Of a DNA stretch of 64,000 nt, positions 1-14,315 are shown piece by piece (position 1 is the first letter of the stretch; the number at the start of each line of letters is the position of its first letter). The DNA is from Eledone cirrhosa (Eukaryota). The stretch covers positions 6,138,001-6,202,000 of the forward strand of contig OZ024755.1 in the NCBI GenBank assembly GCA_964016885.1, read 5' to 3'. Position numbers and translations under genes: made by a program. The notes beneath the pieces were generated by a model. It did no database searches. It saw nothing but the letters and a program-made list of their open reading frames with translations, and was not told where the DNA came from.

Positions 1-1901
1 ACCATTGTCTTCCTTATCATCATCATCCTCATCGTCACAAGATATGTCGGAAATGTCATCGTAGCCATCATCATCATCATCATGGTTATCATCGCAGGCC
101 TTATCATTGACACCATCATCACCACCACCAACATCATCACATAAACCGTTATCTTTCTTTTTCTTTCTTTAAAAATACTGAAGTTAAGACTGATTGGTCA
201 GTGAACGGTTTGTGTGCAGAGATAAAGGTGTCGCTGGTGATAGTACTAGTATTGGTGGTGGTGGTCATAGTGGTGGTAGTAGTATTGGTGGTGGTGTTAG
301 TAGTATTGGTGGTCGTGGTTGGTATTGCTGTACGGGGACTGAGGAGGGGGGAAGCTGGGAAACTAGGATTGGACGCTATGTTGGCAATAGACGATAAGTG
401 GAAATTCTTGGCAGTAGCAGAAATAACGGAGGAAGAAAAGACATAACGAGGGAATAAAACATCAAAAATCCCCACCACACAATCATCACCACCGCCACCA
501 GCAACACAATCCCCACCAGCACCGCCACCACTCACCACCACCATCACCACATTCAACATCATCACCAGCACCACCACAATCACCATCAACATCACTCACC
601 ACCACCCTCGCAATCACCACCAACAACCACCACCCTCGCAATCACCACCACTACTACCATCATCACCACCGCCACAATCAACGCCCAGCACCACCACCAC
701 CACCACCATCAGCACCACTCACCACATTCAACATCATCACCACTCACCACCACAATCACCACCACCACCACCACCACCACTACTACCCACATTCAACAGC
801 ATCACCAGCACCAACACCAGCCCCACCACAATCACCACCATCATCACCAGCACCACCATCCTCACAACCACCACCAACAACCACCACTAACACCACGTTT
901 AAACTTCAGCATGCAGTTTACCTCAAAGACAACCCAGGATAAAAAACCAGTTGAGTAATGGTATATTATGAAGGATATACTTAATCATCAAAAACTGTTA
1001 ACAATACTTATCAAACAAGATCTTACACCACATAGACGTTGGATATTACATAGACCACTGGTCAATGTAACACCAATATATAAATATCAGATACGTTAAT
1101 CGATAGATAGATAGATAGGTAGGTAGATAGATAGATATGTTTCTTTATTAGCCACAGGGGCACAAAAGAAGGGGACAAATACAAAGGGGGAAGTTTACAT
1201 ACAATAAAAACGTAAAATATTATCACAAATGCAATTTAAAAATTAATCGATTTTCCCCAATAGGGGGAGACATTACATATGGGTAACACATACCCCCACC
1301 CCCCGAAAAAAAAATGTGCAACTCTCATCTCCAGGAGTACGAAGAGATAGATAGGAAGGAAGATATATAGATATGTAGATAGAAAGAGAGATCGATAGAT
1401 AGATAGGTAGATAGAAAGAGAGATCGATAGATAGATATGTAGGTTGATAGATAGATAGATGACCTATAGATAGACAGGTAGATATAAGTAGATAGACAGG
1501 TAGATATAAGTAGATAGATATAGACAAACAGGTAGGTAGATAGATAGATATAGATAGATAGACTAACATACCAGAGCATACAGAGAGAGAGAGAGAGAGA
1601 GAGAGGAGGGGGGGGGGAGAAAGAGAGCGAGAAACGTGCACAAGAAAGTGAAAGGAACGAAGAGAGAATATACAAGAGAGGTAGTGTAAACCTCCAAGTG
1701 TAGATTAGAAAACTAATTACATTATGTTAGTAATTTGTTTACTCGCTTCAACCATTTGACTGCAGCCTTGGCGGGACACCACCTTAAGGGGATTTTAGTC
1801 AACAATATACACATAACTACTTATATTTCAAATATGTTACTGCTTGTCGAATCATAAGCACAGACACAAACGGATAGACATCAACCTCACATACATACAT
1901 G

Positions 1902-2493
1902 GTGGCTGCCAACTCGTTTTCGAGTACGGTCACTACTTTATATCCATGTAGGAGACCCCTACCGATTCGCTGAACGAGTGTAACTTTTTAGTCCAGCCAG
2001 CGACTTGAGAACTCTGGTACAAACACTACACTTGTGACAATTATTGACACATTGTGCTGGGCCCATGGTACCATGTGACGACAGGTGCAGAGAGATCTCC
2101 AGATATAAAGCAATGCCTGTGCTGTGAAGCTTTTATAGTGAGCAAAGGCATTGCACAAAGCCAGTCCCACTCTCTTAACCAAGATGATATTTACCAAAAA
2201 GAAGAACAAGTCAACATCATTGGATACCATCAGGGTTGCAGGTGTTATATCAGTTTTCCTTCTCCTAGAATTCTGTCTTGACAAAGGCTAAGGGGTCATC
2301 TCTCCCGGTGATTTTGGATGGCCATTGACTCATAAGAGCTCCTTTGCCCTTTGACAGGTTTTGTTTTCAGTCCTGCAGGATGTCCAAAGTCACTCTCCTC
2401 ACCAAGAAACCTTGGTGGGGTTGCCAATTTAGTCACCAACGACCCGACCATGATGCAGCTTGTACTGGGATACATGTTACCAGAAGCACCAAC
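1902..2493 (-). mobile_element. ~590-bp interspersed repeat, copy 1 (possible solo LTR)
   Basis: Highly similar reverse complement of 12557-13151, flanked on both sides by (ACAT)n. Confidence 0.75.
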
Positions 2494-2515
2494 ATACATA
2501 CATACACAACGCCTG

Positions 2516-2701
2516 GAATTTGGGGGAAGGGAAAGTCGATTAAATCGACCCCAGTGCGTGACGAGTACTTTACTTTATCGACCCCGAAAGGATGAAAGGC
2601 AAAGTTAACCTCGGCGGGATTTGAACTCAGATCATAAGGGGACGTAACTATATGCTGCAAAGCATGGTGTCCGACCCTCTACCGATACTGCCAATCCTCC
2701 G
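2516..2701 (-). mobile_element. tRNA-derived SINE (major family)
   Basis: Minus strand has A-box-like TGGCAGTATCGGTAG, B-box GTTCAAATCC and the central motif GCCTTTCATCC..CGGGGTCGATAAA..AAGTAC, which resembles the MetaSINE central domain. More than 12 copies occur in the window. Confidence 0.85.
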
Positions 2702-2956
2702 ACAAGGGATAATAATGCCATGTTGTAAAATATCACCGAACGCTTCGTTTCTTACTAGATTTCGGCACTCAGTCCAACTAAGACGTTCATTGATAGGTTT
2801 AGTTAGAGATCCTGTTTGTGTTTTATCTGCAAATAAATATTGTCAGCACTTAGCAAACATCACACGCATGCATAAACAGAAATAGATTCACTCACGCATA
2901 CGTGCATATAAACATACATATATTTGTGCATATATATGTTTGCACACATATACATG

Positions 2957-2997
<41 letters not shown>

Positions 2998-3104
2998 ATG
3001 TTTATATGTATACACACACACATTATCATATATATATATATACAGACGTATCTATATAAATACACAAAGAAGCACGGAAGCCTATTCGCATGTCGAATAT
3101 CTTC

Positions 3105-3142
<38 letters not shown>

Positions 3143-3717
3143 CATACATGCATACTTACATATGCATATATAATATATATATATATATACACACATTCAT
3201 ACACACATCTGTACATGTGTGTGTGACTAAAAATTAGTAATTCAATTTTTCTGTCTGTCTATCTATCTCTTTAAGTACCTACCTACCTACCTACATATCT
3301 TTCTAGGTAGAATTCTTAATATGAGACTAAAAATGTGTTTGAAAAACATGAAATAAGAATCGTGGGAAATGTTACATCTTGTTATAGTTCAATTAAATAC
3401 TTCTGGGACAACGGAAATATTTCGGTTTTCATATAATAACCTTGTTTAGGAAAGCTTACCTAATGTTTATATAACTTTATTCTTCCAACAGACAATAATA
3501 TAAGTTAAATACATACGAATCTCAATCATATTTCGGATAAAATTCAATAATTTCCGCGAGGTTGATAATGTCATTAGGAAAAGTGTGAATGCTGCTACAT
3601 CCTACAAATTTATATATATGTATAGTTTAGTATTTAATCCAGTTCTTTGTATTTTGAGTTCAAATCCCAACAGAAGTGAGCTTTACTTTTTAATTTTGCT
3701 AAGTTGATGAATAAAAT

Positions 3718-3900
3718 AATTGTTTCTACTTTTGGCTCAAGGCCAGCAATTATCCCAGTGTATTACTGGTACTTTATTTTATCGACCCCGTAAGGATGAA
3801 AGGCAAAGTTAACCTCGGTGGGATTTGAACTCAGAATGGCAAGGGCCGTAACTATGCGTCAAAGCATTGTGGCCGACCCTCTACCGATACTGTCAATCCG
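3718..3900 (-). mobile_element. SINE (major family)
   Basis: Same consensus as 2516-2701. Confidence 0.85.
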
Positions 3901-5351
3901 AATAAAATAATGTTAAAGTACCAGCTTAGGATTGTAGGATTTAAGAATTTCTCGGTCGTTGTTATATTTCCCAATACATTGCTTTCTCAGTTGTAGATTA
4001 CGTGGGCTGGGAGAAGATTTAATCCGCCAACTTAACACAACCTCCTAGTTCTTGTTTGACGTTAGAGGAGTCCAATATGTTGCAAGTATTTAAAAGCCAA
4101 GTCTCCAGATTGAGGTTACCCCCTCCCAATCTACCTTATTTCTCATGGGGGAACTGAAATCGACCACGAGCAATAACAACCGTGCAGAAAAAACAACAAA
4201 GAACCCTCACTTTCTTAATCAATCTGCTGGAAATAACGGTTAAACTTCCTCAAATAACACCATACCGACTAAAAACAAATGGTGTGCACAATTTTGTTAT
4301 AGACACAAAATAATAATCACGACTGACTTAAAAGTATTAAATATTATTTTAATCACAATGGGATCAAGTCAATTAGAGAGCCTCTAATGTGCCACTCGGT
4401 CTGCTAACATTTGTCGAGGCAAACTTTCTTCAAGTAATAATCTCCTTAGTGTTAGTGTAGCAATGAGACCAATCTATGATCATAAAAATCTACGAACTGA
4501 TTGCAAATAGTGTTAGCTACTTGTGTCATTTTTGTTACACGTTCACTTCTCGTTGTTTATCTAGGTATTACAAAATGGAGAAAAATAACCCTGTTCAAAG
4601 TAAAAGTATCTTAATTCTTAAACATTTCAGTTCAACATTGTGTCTAAGGAATCCTTACCTGCAGCGACACTAGGAGGCGCACATTCCGTCTGACGTTATC
4701 AATGCATTAATCCTACAGAAACTGAGCTTCAACGATTGTGATTAAAACAGACCAGGTTTTACGTTTTGTTTTATTTATAATATCGTATTCTCCAGTGGAT
4801 ACAGTCTTCTTGGTTTCAATATCTCTTATGGGAAGATACATTAAGTATCCTTGGCTAATTAGAAGTGGCAATTACTAAAAGAAGCTTATATTTTATTTAA
4901 GCAGCATGAGTTTACAATGAAATCTCTAATCTCATTTTATGGTGATTTAAGCGGGCGCATTTTGAAATTACAAATGTGTGTATGTTTGTGTATATGCATA
5001 TATGTGCGTGTGGAAGAAGTTGTGGAAGAGAAAAATAGAAAGAAAGAGAAAACATATATACATATATTATGTATATCAATTTGTTTGAGGAAGTAAAACA
5101 AATGTAGAGAGATGTGTCTATATTGAATAGCTTGTATTTATAATGAAAAAATACACACGTATATATACTGACATATATAAATATAAGTCCACAGGCACAC
5201 ACACAAACATTCACGAGAAATATAATTGTATTTATATTCACCAGAAATTCCTAATAAAGTTGGTTACATTTTGTTCGTGTGTGTGACACAGAAACAAAAT
5301 GGCGTAGGACAGAACAAAGGAGAGGCACAAAAACAAAGAAAAGAATCCCCA

Positions 5352-5397
5352 GTCACTGAAGAGGAGGTCACAGAATGTGTGACGAAAGAACTTTGAC
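5352..5397 (+). ncRNA. Type I hammerhead ribozyme motif (4-nt insert before stem II)
   Basis: GTCA-CTGAAGA-ggag-GTCACA gaatg TGTGAC-GAAAG aa CT-T-TGAC. Stem I is GTCA/TGAC and stem II is 6 bp. Confidence 0.65.
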
Positions 5398-5547
5398 AAT
5401 ATATAAACAACCATCTAGTTGTGGAACCAACCAACCAACCAACCGAAAATTTATAAATTCCTAAATTTATAAATTTATTAGAATAAATTGAAGTGAAAGC
5501 AACTGGTGCGTGTGTTTCTTATTGGCAACATGACCCTCCCAAAGTAT

Positions 5548-5552
<5 letters not shown>

Positions 5553-5585
<33 letters not shown>

Positions 5586-7048
5586 TTGTATACATAAATT
5601 ATATACATATTTGTATACATAAATATATATTTATACATATTTATATACATAAATGCATATATATATATATTTGTATACATAAATATATATTTATACATAT
5701 TTGTATACATACGAATGGTGGTGCTATTAAGTTAGACATGGCCTGGGCCAATACTGGCCAAAACATTTCAAAGTTATTCAAAGTTATATATATATACATA
5801 TTTGTATATATATATACATATTTGTATATATATATATATATACATATTTGTATATATACATATATATATATATATACATATTTGTATATATATATATATA
5901 TATATATACATATTTGTATACATATATATATATATATACATATATACATATTTGTATACATATATATATATCTATACATATTTGTATATATATATATATC
6001 TATACATATTTGTATATATACATATATATATATATACATATTTGTATATATATATATATATATATACATATTTGTATACATATATATATATATACATATT
6101 TGTATATAAATATATATATATACATATTTGTATATAAATATATATATACATATTTGTATATATACATATATATATATATACATATTTGTATATATATATA
6201 TATATACATATTTGTATATATACATATATATATATATACATATTTGTATATATATATATATATTTGTATATATATATATATATACATATTTGTATATATA
6301 TATATATATATACATATATATACATATATGTATACATATTTGTATATATATATATACATATATGTATACATATATATATACATATATGTATACATATTTG
6401 TATATATATATATATATATATACATATATGTATACATATATGTATACATATTTGTATATATATATATATATACATATATACATATATGTATACATATTTG
6501 TATATATATATATATATACATATATGTATATATATATATATATACATATTTGTATATATATATACATATACATATTTGTATATATATATACATATTTGTA
6601 TATATATATATATATACATATTTGTATATATATATATATATACATATTTGTATATATATATATACATATTTGTATATATATATATACATATTTGTATATA
6701 TATATACATATTTGTATATATATATACATATTTGTATATATATATACATATTTGTATATATATATACATATTTGTATATATATATACATATTTGTATATA
6801 TATATATACATATTTGTATATATATATACATATTTGTATATATATATACATATTTGTATATATATATATATACATATTTGTATATATATATATATACATA
6901 TTTGTATATATATATACATATTTGTATATATATATATATACATATTTGTATATATATATATATACATATTTGTATATATATATATATATATATATTTGTA
7001 TATATATATATATATATATATTTGTATATATATATATATATATATATT

Positions 7049-7093
<45 letters not shown>

Positions 7094-7094
7094 T

Positions 7095-7130
<36 letters not shown>

Positions 7131-7181
7131 CATATTTGGATATATATATATATATACATATATGTATACATATTTGTATTT

Positions 7182-7212
<31 letters not shown>

Positions 7213-7251
7213 ATCTATAAGATATACATAAATTTATACCTATAATTATAT

Positions 7252-7290
<39 letters not shown>
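5553..7290. repeat. Compound (TA)n/CATATTTG microsatellite
   Basis: Direct reading. It is the source of the long Y/I ORFs. Confidence 0.95.
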
Positions 7291-7291
<1 letters not shown>

Positions 7292-7499
7292 GAAAATATA
7301 TATATATAATACCTACATAAGTGTAACAATGTAATGACCTAGGGGGATAATTTGTTAGTGAAATAAAGAAAATATATTAGATTTTCTATGTTATAGCCTC
7401 AAGTTCTTTTGTTCATTTCCATATAAATCTGCCGACGCCATTCCTACTAACACAAACTATTCTGTAACGCCATTCCTCATTATTTATAAGCATAGTTAT

Positions 7500-8425
7500 A
7501 GTAGTGGTCATATCACTGGTCCTAGTGGTGTAGATGGTAGTGGTGGTGGTGTTGGTGGTGGTGGTGTTGTTGGTGTTGGTGGTGTTGGTGGAGTTGGTGG
7601 TGTTGGTGGAGTTGGTGTTGGTGGTGGTGGTGGAGATGGTGATGGAATGAGATGGTCATATCACTGGTTTATTGGTGGTCCTGGTGGTGTAGATGGTAGT
7701 GGTGGTAGTGGCGGTGGTGTAGATGGTGGTGGTGGCGGTGGTGTAGATGGTAGTGGTGGTGGTGGTGTAGATGGTAGTGGTGGTGATCGTGGTGTTGATG
7801 GTGGTGTTGGTGGTGGTGTTTGTGTAGATGGTGGTGGCTGTGGTGTTGATTGTGGTTATGTAGTAGTGGTTGTGGTGGTGATTGTGGTTATGTAGGTGGT
7901 GGCTGTGGTTGAGGTTGTGGTTATCTAGGTGGTGGTTGTGGTAGCTAGGTGGTGGTTGTGGTTATGTAGGTGGTGGCTGTGGTTGTGGTTATGTAGGTAG
8001 TGGTTGAGGTAGCTAGGTGGTGGCTGTGGTTGTATTTATGTAGGTGGTGGTTGAGGTTGTGGTTATATAGGTAGTGGTTGTGTTTATGTAGGTGGTGGTT
8101 GTGGTTGTGTAGGTAGTGGTTGTGGTAGCTAGGTGGTGGCTGTGGTTGAGGTTTTATAGGTAGTGGTTGTGGTAGCTAGGTGGTGGCTGTGGTTGAGGTT
8201 GTGGTTATGTAGGTGGTGTCTGTGGTAGCTAGGTGGTGGCTGTGGTTGTGGTTATGTAGGTGGTGGCTGTGGTAGCTAGGTGGTGGCTGTGGTTGAGGTT
8301 GTGGTTATATAGGTAGTGGTTGTGGTAGCTAGGTGGTGGCTGTGGTTGAGGTTGTGGTTATGTAGGTGGTGTCTGTGGTAGCTAGGTGGTGGCTGTGGTT
8401 GTGGTTATGTAGGTGGTGGCTGTGC
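7500..8425. repeat. (GGT)n-derived low-complexity and minisatellite tract
   Basis: GGT repeats grading into TAGGTGGTGGCTGTGG units. Confidence 0.9.
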
Positions 8426-9780
8426 TAGACGTGGTGTTGGATGAGGCAATATTTATGGCAGAATGAATGATATGAATTATATGAATTCAAATTACATTAT
8501 GGTTTATTTTCACATTAGAATATCTACCTAACATAATTATGGAATGTAACAAGCTCAGGGAAAATAACGTAAGTGGGCCAATGTTGTGAATCTAGATAAA
8601 TGGGTTAAGGAGTGATGTATTGATATGAACAATTAAAAAATGTTTGTAAATGTAGAAACAATGTTACGATGAATTTTTAGCAGTAATATTCTATGTAATA
8701 ATAGAATAAACTAAATCATAATGAGGTAAAGACGAAACATTCTCTTAGTTGATCCGTTTCCGGCAACCAAAGATCAGGTTTGTCATAAACATGTAAAATA
8801 TGTTTGTGAAATCGATCCCTAATTTCTTGAACTTATCTCTCTTTACCTTCGAGAGGGATTTACGATGACTATGAGGTCAGTCTCTTGCTGCTTTGTTTCT
8901 TCAACTAAGAAGAATATTACAAGAAATATTCTTGATGATAATGATTTCTAGTATAGAAACACCGCGACCAACACAATCACAGCCACCACCGCTGCTACGA
9001 CCAGCACCATCGCCACCACCACCAATGCCGCCACCACCATAACCACCGCCAACACCAATGCCACCGCCATCACCACTGCCACCAAAACCAACACTATGAC
9101 CACCACCGCCACCAATGCCACCATCACCACCGCCTCCACCATCACCATCACCGCCACCACCATCACCACCGCCACCAAAACCAACACTATGGCCACCACC
9201 ATCACCACCACCACATAAAAAACAAATGTGATAAAATAGAACAAGAAATAAAGGGAAGGCTGATATTTCTTTTCTTTGATGTACAAACCTGTCGTTAAAT
9301 AACGGTGTTGATCGGTCTAAGATTGAATATAAAAAAAAATAAAACCTCTCGTCAAGGGAGCTTTGTGTTGAAGCTAAATGGATATAGAAAAAACTAGCTA
9401 TAATACTAACACTGAACCATGATTCCATGGAAATTATCTCAGTATGTCAACTGATAATTGATAGAGTGTTGTTATAGAAGTAAATCTAGGGACGTTCGTT
9501 CGGGGTTTCCAAAGTTAAAATGTTTAGCTCTCCTTTTCAACACAGTAATGTGAAGATAGTGAAAAACAAAATGCGACAAAAGCAAAAGTAAATAGTAGTA
9601 GCAGCGATATAGAGCAAGAAATAATTAGAAGGATACATTAGCCATGATCCAAAATCGAACCACTACAGAGACATAAATCAAGATATAATGAACAAGGTAA
9701 TTAGTGGGACGTAATTACGAATATAATAATGATGATTAATGGAAATAAATGAAACAATGCTGTGGATAATAATAATAATA

Positions 9781-10366
9781 ATTGTTTCTACTTTAGGCAC
9801 AAGGCCAGCAATTACCCAGTGCATTACTGGTACTTTATTTTATCGACACCGTAAGGATGAAAGGCAAAGTTAACCTCGGCGGGATTTGAACTTAGAACGT
9901 AAAGGGCCATAACTCTGTGCTGCAAAGCATGGTGTCTGACGCTCTACAGATACTACCAATCCACCGCCTATTAATAATTGTTTCTACTTTAGGCACAAGG
10001 CCAGCAATTTTAGGGGGCGGGGTAAGTCGATTAAATCGACCCAGTGCATTACTGCTACTTTATTTTATCGATTCCGTAAGGATGAAAGGCAAAGTTAACC
10101 TCGGCAGGATTTGAACTCAGAGCGTAATCCTGAGCCACCCAACGCTTCTAGGGCACCCGGGGAGGACACCCTCCCCTCCTCAAATTAACCAGCCTACAGG
10201 CGTATGGTCAGAGTAGGTCCACTCACAAGTAATAATAATTGTTTCTACTTTAGCACAATTTGAAGGGGAGTTGGGAAAGTCGATTTGAACTCAGACCGTA
10301 AAGGGCCATAACTCTATACTTCAAAGGATGGTGTCTGATGCTCTAACGATACTGCCAAACCACCGT
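9781..10366 (-). mobile_element. Cluster of three SINE copies (one full, one 5'-truncated, one internally deleted)
   Basis: ATTGTTTCTACTTTAG.. termini at about 9781, 9977 and 10237, each with the family body. Confidence 0.85.
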
Positions 10367-10686
10367 GAGATAGAGAGGGGGAGGAATGTGAGAGAGAGAG
10401 AGAGAGAGAGAGGCAGAGTGCGATAGGGAGGGAAAGAGGGTGTAATGAGAGAGACAGAGCGAGTGAACAGGCGAGAGAGAGATGGAGAGAGTGATAGAGA
10501 GAGGAAGAGTAGGTAGAATAAGAGAGAGAGAGAGTGTGTGTGTGTGTGTGTGTGCGTGATAGGACAGAGGAGGTAGAATGAGAGAGAGCGAGAGAGTGAG
10601 AAAAAGCGTGAGAGAGAGCGAGAGAGTGAGAAAAAGCGAGAGAGAGAAAGAAAGACGGAGAGAGAAAGAAAGACGGAGCGGAGGAG

Positions 10687-10733
<47 letters not shown>

Positions 10734-11886
10734 CCGAAAAAGAGAGAGAGACGGAAAGTGTTTCAGGGAAGAGGGGACGGGAAAAAACGAGAGTACACAG
10801 CTAATGATTATAGATGACAATTTTCAGATGATTTGCAGGTAGTGTAGGCATAAAGAAAGATTGTCAGGGATATGGAGAACAGGAACTGGGAATAAATAAT
10901 TAAATGTGACCAAAATAAAAGGAAGTGCAAGATCAGATTAGAGGCAGAGTTTCGGAGCTAAAAAAAAAAGCTAATGAAGTATTTCAAACACAATTTGAAT
11001 AACATCACAGAAAGCATAATATGCTTTACACTGTAGGCCATTATTTCGAAGTTAAAAATATATCTAAATATTTATCACGTTATTTGTAGGTGTTTATCAC
11101 GTTATTTGTAGGTGTTTATCACGTTATTTGTAGGTGTTACACAAACAACTAGACTGAAATATAAACTTAAAGCAACAACAGACTAAAATAAAAAATATAC
11201 AAAACCCCAAAATAGAGCCGTAATGTGACGGTGGTGGTGGTGGTGGTAGTGGTAGTAGTAGTGGTGGTGTGCCGGTGGTTTTGTTGTTGTTGGTAGTGGA
11301 GGTGGTGGTGGTGGTGGTAGCGGTGATGGCGGTGGTGATGGCAAGGCAAGAAACACACTTGAAGACAAATGATATAAATGAATAAATTGCTGAGTCAGGT
11401 TTCTTCTATATTGGTAGAAATAAATAAATAAATAAATAAATACACAAAGTAAGATGGCGGCTTTCTTTTTTTTCTCTCTCTTTTTTATCATTTGATATCA
11501 ATGACAGGCGATGAATTGTTGTAGAAAGAAATGGTTGGGGGAAAAAAAAAAAAACAACTATTCTATGTGAGGCAAGCGTGTTGGTTTGATTGGTGCTAGT
11601 ATAGATGTGTGGTTAAGAAATTTGATCATAAATCCTCAGCTTTCGGCTTACATTTCTAAGAAAATCGATTACATTGATCCCGATAATTGAATGTTACTAA
11701 TTTTATTGATGTCGGAAGAATAAAAAGACTAGTTGACCTCGGTAAGATTTGAAATCAAAATGTAATGATTGAGAGCAAAATCTGAAAAGTATTATTTTCG
11801 ATGCTGTAATGATTTTGCCGATATGTCCAATATAAGAACAGATGTTTATGACTGACACATCTGTGATTATAATTTTGTTGGCTGAG

Positions 11887-12073
11887 CAAGGATTGGTAGT
11901 GTCGGTAGAGCGGCGGACGCCATGCTTTGCAGCAAAGAGTTACGGCCCTTTATGGTCTGAGTTCAAATCCCACCGAGGTTAACTTTGCCTTTCAATCTTA
12001 CGGTGTCGATAAAATAAAGTACCAGTAATACACTGGGATAATTGCTGGCCTTATGCCAAAAGTAGAAACTATT
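11887..12073 (+). mobile_element. SINE (major family)
   Basis: GATTGGTAGTGTCGGTAG...GAGTTCAAATCCC...GTCGATAAAATAAAGTACCAG...AAGTAGAAAC. Confidence 0.85.
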
Positions 12074-12506
12074 ATAATTTTGTTGGCTGAGTTTTGCCTT
12101 CTGCCTACACCACAACAACAATAACATAAATAGCAACAGTGGTCAAACATTTGGAAGTAGTTCTCCATTGAGGATCTTAACTGAGTTTTATAGAGTGCCT
12201 GAGTTTTGTAGAGTGCCTGAAGTATTAACAGACTCTGAAGAAAAGTTCCAGTCTCCGAGACATGTTCCTTGATACGTTGGAGTTATGCGTTCGCCATGAG
12301 AGACATTCAATGACTATGAGATCTAGCATTTAAAGCGACCGTGAGAGATTTATGGAGGTGGTACGATTTTTATTTCTTGATAAATGTAGTGCTTGTGTTA
12401 TCTATATATATTTTCTAGTAAACGACCTGTGGATACTTTTGAGGTTTCTCTTCACGGAGGCAATATAGTCTTGATGTTTTGCGTCAAGGCTGCATGTGTG
12501 TGTGTG

Positions 12507-12543
<37 letters not shown>

Positions 12544-12547
<4 letters not shown>

Positions 12548-13148
12548 AGGTCACCAGTTGGTGCTACTGGTAACATGTATCCCAGTACAACCTGTCTCAT
12601 GGTCAGGTCGTTGGCGACTAAACTGGCAACCCCACCAAGGTTTCTTGGTGAGGAGGGTGACTTTGGACATCCTGCAGGACTAAAAACAAAACCTGTCAAA
12701 GGGCAAAGGAGCTCTTAAGAGTCAATGGCCATCCAAAATCGCCGGGAGAGATGACCCCTTACCTTTTGTCAAGGCAGAATTCTAGGAGAAGGAAAACTCT
12801 GATATAACACCTGCAACTCTGATGGTATCCAATGATGTTGACTTGTTCTTCTTTTTGGTAAATATCATCTTGTTTAAGAGAGTGGGACTGGCTTTGTGCA
12901 ATGCCTTTGCTCACTATAAAAGCTTCACGGCACAGGCATTGCTTTATATCTGGAGATCTCTCTGCACTTGTCGTCATATGGTACCATGGGCCCAGCACAA
13001 TGTGTCAATAATTGTCACAAGTGTAGTGTTTGTACCAGAGTTCTCAAGTCGCTGGCTGGACTAAAATGTCACACTCGTTCAGCGCATCGGTAGGGGTTCT
13101 CCTAAATGGATATATAGTAGTGGCCGTACTCGAAAACGAGTTGGCAGC

Positions 13149-13151
<3 letters not shown>
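12544..13151 (+). mobile_element. ~600-bp interspersed repeat, copy 2 (possible solo LTR)
   Basis: Inverted copy of 1902-2493 between (TA)n tracts. It begins TG, ends close to CA, and has a TATAAAAG box near 12915. The LTR identity is an inference. Confidence 0.75.
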
Positions 13152-13188
<37 letters not shown>

Positions 13189-14018
13189 CCTGCTTGAGGT
13201 AGGTAAGGAAAAATGAAATGTGGTATTATCTGCGTAAATATGGATGCTATTAGAGGTGAGGGTAGTAACTAGGTCGTTGATGTGTTTTATTTCTTCAAAA
13301 TTAAATAACTTGAATTGTTTGTGTGAAGCATTAGACATCCGAGAGTTTGAGAAAGAGAGCATGGGCGAGTGAGAGATAAAGATAGAGAGGTAGAGAGAGA
13401 TGATATGTAGTAAAGAGATGAGAAGGTTAGAGAATGGATGTTAAAGGGTTAAAGAAAGAAAAGGAGTGAGAGCGAGGATTAGGAGACAGAGTGAGGGTGC
13501 GTAAGAGAGCAAGACAAAGTTATAAATCTCTCTTCTACTATACAGATTCTACTCCTATTTCATTTTACATTCATACAATATGTTCTGTATGAAGAAACTA
13601 ATTTTCCTATATAGCAAATGTAAAGCAAGAAAAACGCAACGAAATGGCCAATCACAAGAAACTTCTTCAGTACATGAACTGATGACACACATTCTACAGT
13701 TAATTATTTTTAGAGATTCTAGTTTAAAAGTTCAACAATCAAGAGAGAAAAAAAAAGAAGAAAAAACGATGGCTATTTTTTCTTGTTGTCATCCATTATT
13801 CATTCATTATCTGTGTAGAGAGCGGAGGTCTTGATTAACAGAATATGAAAATAAACTTCTTGTTTTTTTAAATCATGTATTAAATTATCAAACTGTAAGT
13901 ACTTTTCTTATGTTTGTGGTAGCTTTCTTTTTTAGCAATACACATTATTGTGTGATGTTGATGTTTGAATTAATTTCTACTTTTTTGACATAGAACTGTG
14001 ACTGCTTGCTAGCTGATT

Positions 14019-14053
<35 letters not shown>

Positions 14054-14275
14054 GTTGCCTTTATACAGTGATTCAGCAATCTATGATTACTTTATGCAGG
14101 AATGATCACATGCATGTATGTTTGTATCTTCTTCTGGTTTTATTGTTCTATAAACAGTGAGTCTGTTTCTAACACAGAAACAAGACCCTTACTTTGGAAT
14201 TCAGACATCAACTGGGTACATCTATATATGTGTGTGTTTATGTGTGTATGTGTGTGGGTGTGTATGTGTGTGGGT

Positions 14276-14315
<40 letters not shown>

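Noticed and set aside
149-900. Gly/Val/Thr-rich ORFs (also 7647, 8901, 49451, 55103, 59175)
   Set aside because: These are trinucleotide (ACC/GGT/GAT) low-complexity tracts with no domain signal.
915-1000. Hydrophobic minus-strand stretch between possible splice sites, as a candidate exon 3
   Set aside because: There is an in-frame stop before the donor and no tetraspanin motif.
1988-2608. ORFs conserved with 12479-13064
   Set aside because: The similarity comes from the repeat duplication. The frames are short, indel-shifted and unlike known proteins.
4654-4720. Strong minus-strand donor (CAG|GTAAGG) with a nearby acceptor, as a candidate tetraspanin exon 3
   Set aside because: The 54-nt segment has stops in all three frames and no TM3 similarity.
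5641-7291. Long Y/I/C-rich ORFs (340-465 aa), and similar ORFs at 19126-21101 and 28938-29945
   Set aside because: They are translations of TA/CA microsatellites, open in most frames on both strands.
12235-12266. CTGAAGA...GAGACATGTT as a hammerhead
   Set aside because: The GAAA box is mutated and neither stem I nor stem II pairs. At most it is an old relic.
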